Positions 58,101 through 64,000 of a stretch of 64,000 nucleotides of DNA are shown one piece after another. Both the position numbers and the translations under genes were made by a program. The notes under the pieces were generated by a model. That model saw only the letters and a list, made by a program, of their open reading frames with translations. It was not told the origin of the DNA and did not search any database. This DNA comes from a virus. Every line of letters starts with the position of its first letter. Position 1 is the stretch's first letter. The DNA is taken from the IMG/VR virus record IMGVR_UViG_3300007619_000129, positions 24,567 through 88,566 of that record; one strand, given 5' to 3'.

Positions 58101-58955
58101 TAAATTAACGGTCTTGTCTAGCTCAATTGGGTCCCTGTCGCCATTTCTATCACTATCTGTAGCATCAAATAACATTGGAGAATATTGTGAAGAAGCAATC
58201 TTTAAATCAAAAATTAATTGAAGAAATAATTTTGTATTTGAAAAGTTTTTAAACCCATTTTCAGTGAATTGAAGTTCGTTAGTAAAATAACTTTTATAAG
58301 TCCTAATCCCTCTTGCTACATCAGAACCAAAAAATTTCCTAATGTCCAATGAATCTTTACTTGACTTTATAACAGAAACAACAGATCTCAAAAACTCAAC
58401 TTCTTCTATAGCCAAATCCATTTGTTTGTTCCAGTTTTTTCTTATTTTTTCAACTATTCCTATAGTTGATTCACTTTCGCTAAGTTGTTTTATTAGATTT
58501 ACCAATTCTTCATTTCTTAAATCTCTAGCAGACATTAAGACATCTAAAAATTTGCCCTCTGAGGTTAGTTCTGTTGAATTTTTTTCATATATTGGCTTAT
58601 AATCAACCATAAAAATTAATTCAGGTCTTTGGTTGCTAATTCCAGCCAACTGAACTGGTTTATAGTTATTGTTTGTACTACTTGCAAGCTTTAATTTCGG
58701 TCTATCAACCCTTCTTCGTGGATTTATCGGTTGTAATGGTGGAGTAAACCCAACACCATAGGTAATGTCCAATGGGGGCAATCCCGTTTTTTTAGGGGCT
58801 GTTGTGGTAGAAGATAATTGCCCACCAGCCAAAGCTAATGTTATGGGTTGTTTTGTGGCAGAAAGTTTAAGTTCTGACTCTTTTGTTTCAACCGGTTGGA
58901 CACTTATGTTGCCAATCTTTATAGTACTACCACCTAATTTTAATCCTGTTGCCAT
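55167..58955 (-). CDS. Large hypothetical virion protein (1262 aa)
   Basis: Translationally coupled to both neighbours in the baseplate region; no recognised family. Confidence 0.7.
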   Translation of the reverse strand: MATGLKLGGSTIKIGNISVQPVETKESELKLSATKQPITLALAGGQLSSTTTAPKKTGLPPLDITYGVGFTPPLQPINPRRRVDRPKLKLASSTNNNYKPVQLAGISNQRPELIFMVDYKPIYEKNSTELTSEGKFLDVLMSARDLRNEELVNLIKQLSESESTIGIVEKIRKNWNKQMDLAIEEVEFLRSVVSVIKSSKDSLDIRKFFGSDVARGIRTYKSYFTNELQFTENGFKNFSNTKLFLQLIFDLKIASSQYSPMLFDATDSDRNGDRDPIELDKTVNLNDGKFSFNIGNFQSSNSDIIHMSNQAEHETLIRSLPTNFEDKIKLLTITLSKEIRVSNGLGATESQTYLSQFGANNTGNPFENIMGEPGEKITDIPLGESSISSIGRFVGNDNVVVLPFEKYFLTDENGRTYVPGNTYLIDPILENEPRFDLGKIREFKRSFENKIEGTTSLFNTLLKINKIENDPSFSESLLIHVLEDISNILDRATEEEKITRDYIMLAIISMVSTNARLKSMLFQYIVLLGLSDEVRGSAFERMSRFEFDDLTDFTEVRQRPESSKNPKEIKVTEKTAVASEARTLAFEMSRVILSEIKTYSGLSLDSNIEKENFSVESIADTLTSVESNYALVRIIEFINFVDDLIDRKGIVNDSTGRSKFNLFSVSTRSVMAFELYISLLSRFSHTFFSQKIRRKTGTSGFSHEVQVSSNRTNILLRSKGIGDVIKNFGKTTRNPQRGPKLRLGSSPVNLSGLNKLELKVDNSALSSKQERLLSNTKKSMGEAIRKLKAEDDFLRDGISLLKRTFDRIDRSVERLEEFFGRNSPNRKKIDELENQVDSNDKFAVLDDAQVNLSRALLSETLVDNVVSGGRQKTPIEQKRKVSQGTKSMWRPFLDDSDISKKARESLFEFLNDQKLSGENSTDIKILTVGIPTGFMENLRRRVEVSEVEDINISQQQIDVVSVNVYRKNLEYEDIVFKPKRYIFEMSRFMSRQRVSSANGDILLQPHLVQKNFSNETLAFVNSGDLINDKSYDFLSGPEKREMLDNHMFDYLLGLYIKIFTGLSTSEEEYLINDEIRQNPIDEESKNLFVDLLLGHIGELAGKTLTLQDLANSSSQIKNLLDKLENISVTQSSLQEINNVLIEDVPESVSIEMTENLINLMKLFGPNSFLSGPSAKRNQITSPKLFERIFNIIVDPSDFEVDTVKTNWSFTELTEKLNSKEFISLTDENGDSIIKMSPKSTQDSSVIMDEYFVTVSTVGGHVI

Positions 58956-61649
58956 CTATACAATTACCTTATTAGTTTTAGATTCAGAACCATGTTTATA
59001 GTTATTATATACTGGAACTATTCTGTAATCCATTTCTCCAATTTCGTCTTCTTCCAATAAATCTATAAATTCTAATAAATTTGAATCTGTTATTGGATGA
59101 ACCGTCCCAACAATTTCTTCCATTCTCATTCTTCTTTGTATAATAATAAAATGGTCAATTAAATTCTTGTCACCACGCACATTCCATGTGACCACATTTT
59201 TTTTCCCTCCTATATTTTTAACTTTTGCATTAGATATTTCTGGGAAAAGAGACTCTAATGAAACAGATACCTCGTGTATATTCCCAATGTTTCCAAATCC
59301 AAATTCGTCTTTTGAATGATTTCGCAATATAGAATTTGTGTTTACTATTGCCCCAGTAGATAAAATCAAAGGATGCAAAAATCTATTTGGCTTAAATGTG
59401 TATGTCCTTCCTCTAGAGTCCGTAACTTCTTTTTCAACATCTTCAAACATTGTTTCAGGAACTCTTAGTAAAGTAGAAATAAAATATAAATAACTATTTC
59501 CTGACTCAAGCGGAGAAACATTTCCCCTTTCCCTCAAAAATTCATCCGAAAACCTTTTTTCAGAAAATGTAGGAAAATGCTCAATTGCTCCTGTAGTAAG
59601 GTTTATTCTTTTTATCTTGTGAGAAATTAAACTTTGCAGTTTACCTCTTTCCTTCTCTAATGAAGTTTCAAACAAAGACAAAAGCCCCTGTCTCTCTAAT
59701 GCCTTTTTTACACGATCAAGATTTGACTCTTCTATTATTGACTCTATGTCAAATTGAACATCAACAGAACTAAACGAATTTATTATTTCAGGTTCCGATG
59801 TCACAATTTTTACTAAACCTTCAGAAAATGGAATATATTCAATAGTGTCACACCCGGTAGATATCTCTTCCTTTCCGTCAGGAAAAATAAATACCGCACA
59901 ATATTCATATATGTGCCCGAATTTAACTTCGGTATCAACAAAAATTTCACTTGGACTATTTTCTCCCACTTTAATAATCTTGTTTCCCGAAATCTTATGA
60001 GATATTGTTGTAAACTGTTTTTCGTGTAATGTTAGATCTTTTCTGAAAACCTTTAGAAATGATACCTCAGATGAAACATTAGACACCCTAACATCTATTC
60101 CTGATAATGATGGTTGGGCTACGACAACAGAAAAAAGATGTTTTTTATTTTTTTTACTTCCCTTAAAAGGTGCAGGTACAGCTACTATGTTTGAAAATAT
60201 AGACCCAACCTGATCATTTGGACCAATTGGTATTACTCTATATATTATAGTTGTTCCATTATTAACAACGTCAATAAAATTAATGGTGCCATCTGATTCT
60301 TCAAGATCTATTTCTTGTACAAATTCATAATTTGCTTTTCTTACTTGTGAATCAGGACTTATTCTTTTCCTGTAAATCCTAATTGATGTTGCAACTGGAT
60401 CAATTTGTCTAATTTCAAGTGAATTTGCTCCAATTTTTCTAAAATCAACCAACCTAACTTCGGGAGGAAAATTTGGAGTAAAAAATATTTTTATAATTTT
60501 ACTATGCTGAACTCTTTTAATAGATTGTTCAACAATCACATCATTCAAGTCAAAAAGTTCAAATTTTACATAAAAATTATCACCCTCAATAAGGTTGTCA
60601 GGAATAATAAATGTTGTTATTGTTTCAGTGTTGGGCTCTTGTTCTCTTACTACAATTGGAACAAATGAGTTTAATTCTAAATCTTCACTATCTCTAACTT
60701 CAGGACTGTCTAAAATTAACTCTTGTAAATGAGATAGTTCGTCTGGAGACACCTTCTTTCCAGACCCAATTTTTAATTTATTTTTCTTTTTCTTTTTTCT
60801 TGAACTTGATAAAGATCTAGGTCCAGAAGTTTTGTCTTTAGTTCCTAATTTTAATCCAGACCTTCTTCTCGAGGAAGAAGGATTAGTCATTCCAGAAACA
60901 GATCTGAAAGTGTTTCTTACAAAATTAGACGTTAATCCCTGTGTAGGATCAACCCCTTTTGAGATTAAAGATAAAGATAGCTTTGAAGTTGTTTTTTTAG
61001 AATTGGACAATGAAGACAACTTCAAAGAATTTGTTTGAAATACTGGAGTTGCTGTTCTTGATGAAAAATTTCTTAAATTTGGTTGAACCAATTTCAATTT
61101 TATTGAACTTCTAGTTCTTGAAGATGAAAAAGACAAATTAGAAGAAAATGTTCTGCTTTTATTCGAATTTGCTTTAAACGATACACTATTGTCTAAATTC
61201 GCTGTAGGATCACTAAAATGAGATTTTATAATCTTTTTTTTATTATTTTCTTTCTGGTTCTTTAAATCAGAAGAACTAAGCAAAATATTGTCAATAATTG
61301 TATTTGCCTTGATTGTCTTTGATGATGATGCCCCAAGAGATAATGACTTAGACGAAATTTCTCCAGCTCCTGAACTTACCCCCGATGAAAGCCTTAAATT
61401 CCTTGGTGGAACCGAAGATCTTGGCGAATTTCTAGGTACTGTTGTAAAAATTGTTGGTTCTGGATCAGGAATTTCTGACAAAATTGATACCTTAACCCCC
61501 TTCAATCCCCTTGAAACAACATCTTCCGAGTTTATTACATATGATATATCATAAACAAACTTATTGTCTTGTACGTCAACCAAAGTAGCAAAACTGTCTT
61601 CGTTTATAGAAAGACTTTTTAAAGATAGATCTGTTGAAATTCTTGGCAT
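58956..61649 (-). CDS. Large virion protein with basic Ser-rich region and ~4 FN3-like modules
   Basis: 897 aa; repeated [IV][YF]R[KR] ... F.D ... G..Y.Y.[VI] patterns. Confidence 0.65.
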   Translation of the reverse strand: MPRISTDLSLKSLSINEDSFATLVDVQDNKFVYDISYVINSEDVVSRGLKGVKVSILSEIPDPEPTIFTTVPRNSPRSSVPPRNLRLSSGVSSGAGEISSKSLSLGASSSKTIKANTIIDNILLSSSDLKNQKENNKKKIIKSHFSDPTANLDNSVSFKANSNKSRTFSSNLSFSSSRTRSSIKLKLVQPNLRNFSSRTATPVFQTNSLKLSSLSNSKKTTSKLSLSLISKGVDPTQGLTSNFVRNTFRSVSGMTNPSSSRRRSGLKLGTKDKTSGPRSLSSSRKKKKKNKLKIGSGKKVSPDELSHLQELILDSPEVRDSEDLELNSFVPIVVREQEPNTETITTFIIPDNLIEGDNFYVKFELFDLNDVIVEQSIKRVQHSKIIKIFFTPNFPPEVRLVDFRKIGANSLEIRQIDPVATSIRIYRKRISPDSQVRKANYEFVQEIDLEESDGTINFIDVVNNGTTIIYRVIPIGPNDQVGSIFSNIVAVPAPFKGSKKNKKHLFSVVVAQPSLSGIDVRVSNVSSEVSFLKVFRKDLTLHEKQFTTISHKISGNKIIKVGENSPSEIFVDTEVKFGHIYEYCAVFIFPDGKEEISTGCDTIEYIPFSEGLVKIVTSEPEIINSFSSVDVQFDIESIIEESNLDRVKKALERQGLLSLFETSLEKERGKLQSLISHKIKRINLTTGAIEHFPTFSEKRFSDEFLRERGNVSPLESGNSYLYFISTLLRVPETMFEDVEKEVTDSRGRTYTFKPNRFLHPLILSTGAIVNTNSILRNHSKDEFGFGNIGNIHEVSVSLESLFPEISNAKVKNIGGKKNVVTWNVRGDKNLIDHFIIIQRRMRMEEIVGTVHPITDSNLLEFIDLLEEDEIGEMDYRIVPVYNNYKHGSESKTNKVIV

Positions 61650-61679
61650 TAATTTATATTATATAATAATAGTTAGGAA

Positions 61680-62603
61680 CTAAGAAAAAATAAGGGTAAA
61701 AACATTTACAAATGTATGACTACCATAATTGTCAGTAAATAATTTCCCAACAAAAAATACTCTTTTTTCTGGAAAAATAGGATCGTTTGACAAAAAACTA
61801 CCAAAATCAATTACTTCTAATTTTTTAATTTCATTAGGCATTATTTCAAAAAATTGAGCAGCAACATTATTTTCTCTTGACGTCAATGAAAACTCAATTA
61901 CTTCCTTCGTATCAGGTAACTCACTCAATAATTCTTCAAATGTTAATATTTCTCTTTGTCCAATTGGTAAATAATTCCCCAAAGAAGAGCCGTTTGGCTC
62001 TTCAATGGTTGGCTTATTTACTGGTGGCAAAAATTTAAAATTTGGCAAATGTGACAATCTATTGTCCTGAAACAGACTTTCTGTATCATCTATTGACACT
62101 TTTTTTGGTCTGTCAGGTGATATTGGAGAATTATTGGTTGCTGAAAAATTCACTACATTATGACTCAATCTAAATTTTTCATCATCTAAAAATGGATCCG
62201 ATGAACCAATTACTCTTAATTTGTCAAAACTATCTAAAGAAGAGGATAAAACTGTTGATGCCAAAGTTGAAAAGTCACTTCCTGTGACATAAGTCAAATA
62301 CTTTACATTACTACCAGATAAAACCTTTCCCCCTAAAACTCCTAAATTTCCCCCCTTAAATACTGACAATTTCCCCGAATCATCTGACTCAAAAGTAATT
62401 TGATCTTGTGGTAAATTCGCTGCCTCTAAATAAACTCTAGACTGAGCATCTGCCGATCCACTAAGGTCAGACTTGTAAAAAGTTTTTGAATCAGAAAAAG
62501 CAACAAAACTTATATTTAAACCTCCAGTAGAAAGTTTCTTCCTCCCTTCTTGGGTAATAATCGTATCTAATATACGAGATTTCTTTTCAAGAATTCCAGA
62601 CAT
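61680..62603 (-). CDS. Virion/baseplate protein, N-terminal paralogue of 52251..52958
   Basis: G.L....RILD.I.T.EGR..L..G.L.I.F.AFSD...Y matches the 235-aa protein N-terminus. Confidence 0.7.
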   Translation of the reverse strand: MSGILEKKSRILDTIITQEGRKKLSTGGLNISFVAFSDSKTFYKSDLSGSADAQSRVYLEAANLPQDQITFESDDSGKLSVFKGGNLGVLGGKVLSGSNVKYLTYVTGSDFSTLASTVLSSSLDSFDKLRVIGSSDPFLDDEKFRLSHNVVNFSATNNSPISPDRPKKVSIDDTESLFQDNRLSHLPNFKFLPPVNKPTIEEPNGSSLGNYLPIGQREILTFEELLSELPDTKEVIEFSLTSRENNVAAQFFEIMPNEIKKLEVIDFGSFLSNDPIFPEKRVFFVGKLFTDNYGSHTFVNVFTLIFS

Positions 62604-62610
62604 TTAAAGC

Positions 62611-62617
62611 TAATTAG
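62611..62617 (-). promoter_or_regulatory. Putative late promoter CTAATTA (307-aa baseplate gene)
   Basis: Same family; 7 nt before ATG. Confidence 0.5.
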
Positions 62618-62626
62618 CTAAAAACA

Positions 62627-62827
62627 TTAAATTGAGTCTTCTTTATTGTTTTGTTTTTCTCTTTCATTGTTTCTGACCGAAACTGCTTCCACTACCTTTT
62701 TCTGGAAAAAAAGTGCATTTTGAGCTCCGTTCAATCCTGTTTTTTTAACATATTCATCAAGAATTTCTAAAAGAACTTGTGCTTGCTCGTCTGTTAGCTC
62801 TAATTTAAGCATATTAAATAACCTCAT
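62627..62827 (-). CDS. Small helical protein after the tail fibre, possible fibre chaperone
   Basis: 66 aa; position; GAGG precedes the internal ATG (MLKLELT). Confidence 0.55.
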   Translation of the reverse strand: MRLFNMLKLELTDEQAQVLLEILDEYVKKTGLNGAQNALFFQKKVVEAVSVRNNEREKQNNKEDSI

Positions 62828-62871
62828 AAATAGTTTAACATAACTATTGTTTTTTGTAAAAATGTTAGTTA

Positions 62872-64000
62872 TTATGTTACTAAACTAGTCCAACTTCCTG
62901 AAAGTTTCATATACATTGCTCCATTCCCAAAAGAACCATCAGCACGAAAATAAAAATCACCATCATTTCCAGCATCGTCTGAAGGTTCTCCCACCCCTCC
63001 TCGTAAAGCTGGAGTGCTACCAGCAGAACCAAACGTAAATGAGCCTGATGCATTAGCAACCTGATCAAGAGCGACTTCTGGAGAACCATCACTTCCATTA
63101 CCCACTGTCAATATAGGAGAAGAAGACGTCAAAGACAAGTTAGCTTCAATGTTTATGTCACCATCACTTTCTGCTATAAATAAAGAATCAGCCTCAAAAA
63201 CTCCATTGTCATATCTTTCTATTACAAACCCAGGAGAACCACCAGACGTTTTCTTAGCTAATGACCAAAACTCTGTTCCCCCCTCTCTAAACCTTATGTC
63301 AGCATTGTCAGATGATGAATCAAGTACAACCTCAACCGCCCCTGTTCCATCTCCTACCGTCAGTGTCGGAGCCGATGACGTCAGAGATAAGTCCGCCTCT
63401 AACCGCATCGTCCCGTCGTCCACATCCATCGTCATGAACGTGTGTTGATCTCCCCCTGCGCTATTGAGCCTATTCCAAATTAAATCTTCATTCGTGTGGT
63501 GTTGAATTCTCCAACGCACGACACCATTGTCCATAAAATCCCAACGTGCGACATCTCCGTTAGGCTTGTCAAAAGCAATTCGGGGTACCCCACCAGTTCC
63601 ATTGCCAACTGTTAATGTTGGTGAATCACTATCCAGTGTAAGATCCGCCTCCATTGTTATATTTCCAGATCGATCAATGTCCAACGTAGTCGCTTGGAAT
63701 GAACCGTTAATATATCTCAGTACCCGAAGATTACTACCTGCACTTTCGTCCTGTTGAATTGACCATTGGTGGGATCCAGTAGTGGCAAATCGAATAATCG
63801 GATCGTTGCTTCCATCTTCGCCACCATCCAAATAAAGAATAGGAGAACCACTTCCGTCGCCAACTGTCAGCGTTGGAGATGAACTTGTTAAGTCTAAATT
63901 TGCTTCAATCTCAATGTCACCAGTGTCATCATCAATGAATAGTGATGTTGCTTCAACAGAACCATTCTCATATCTTTGCAATAAAAATCCAGGATTTCCA
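62872..64000 (-). CDS. Tail fibre / receptor-binding protein with ~85-aa beta repeats, 5'-truncated by the window edge
   Basis: Frame stays open to 63999 (GNPGFLLQRY...). Four copies of EA[ND]L.L[TD]S.[SA]P.LTVG[DN]G; C-terminal G.G.P....G.DGDFY.......Y.K..G.W. Confidence 0.75.
   Translation of the reverse strand, partial: GNPGFLLQRYENGSVEATSLFIDDDTGDIEIEANLDLTSSSPTLTVGDGSGSPILYLDGGEDGSNDPIIRFATTGSHQWSIQQDESAGSNLRVLRYINGSFQATTLDIDRSGNITMEADLTLDSDSPTLTVGNGTGGVPRIAFDKPNGDVARWDFMDNGVVRWRIQHHTNEDLIWNRLNSAGGDQHTFMTMDVDDGTMRLEADLSLTSSAPTLTVGDGTGAVEVVLDSSSDNADIRFREGGTEFWSLAKKTSGGSPGFVIERYDNGVFEADSLFIAESDGDINIEANLSLTSSSPILTVGNGSDGSPEVALDQVANASGSFTFGSAGSTPALRGGVGEPSDDAGNDGDFYFRADGSFGNGAMYMKLSGSWTSLVT

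Noticed and set aside
214-63757. Numerous plus-strand ORFs in the track (e.g. 9801-10304, 11764-12279, 26140-26649, 40620-41402)
   Set aside because: They are antisense shadows of well-supported minus-strand genes, with Ser/Phe/Leu-rich translations and no motifs.
1-64000. Stop-codon reassignment, as seen in some large phages
   Set aside because: Long conserved genes are intact in the standard code, coding density is high, and TAA, TAG and TGA all serve as stops at sensible gene ends.
1-64000. CRISPR array, tRNA or rRNA genes
   Set aside because: No repeat-spacer array or cloverleaf was seen; intergenic gaps are short and AT-rich. A tRNAscan/Infernal run would be needed to exclude small RNAs fully.

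Overview
The window is part of a large, AT-rich, T4-module myovirus (probably a jumbo phage). Nearly all genes are on the minus strand and read cleanly in the standard code. In transcription order (right to left) it holds: a repeat-rich tail fibre (cut by the window edge); large baseplate/virion proteins with FN3-like, LamG-like and tail-collar-like domains; a DNA-processing block (RuvC-like resolvase, primase, fused SbcD-SbcC); terminase large subunit; a portal with three HNH-bearing inteins; prohead protease; small acidic/basic head-region proteins; scaffold; major capsid protein; an inserted Hef/HNH/GNAT-methyltransferase cassette; neck proteins; tail terminator; two ~1000-aa tail sheath paralogues; tail tube; gp26/gp51-like hub proteins; tape measure; and a truncated gene. 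The strongest leads are: (1) two of the portal inteins are separated by only 6 extein residues; (2) about ten unrelated small proteins share a short amphipathic leader ending in Glu, a possible capsid-targeting and protease-cleavage signal, and two of them are degenerate GNAT-fold proteins; (3) a stripped-down tail tube paralogue sits among the head genes; (4) surface virion proteins are rich in [ST]-G-[ST]; (5) there are two promoter classes, TAnTTA and TGnTATAAT. All family assignments come from motif recognition by eye; no database search was run.
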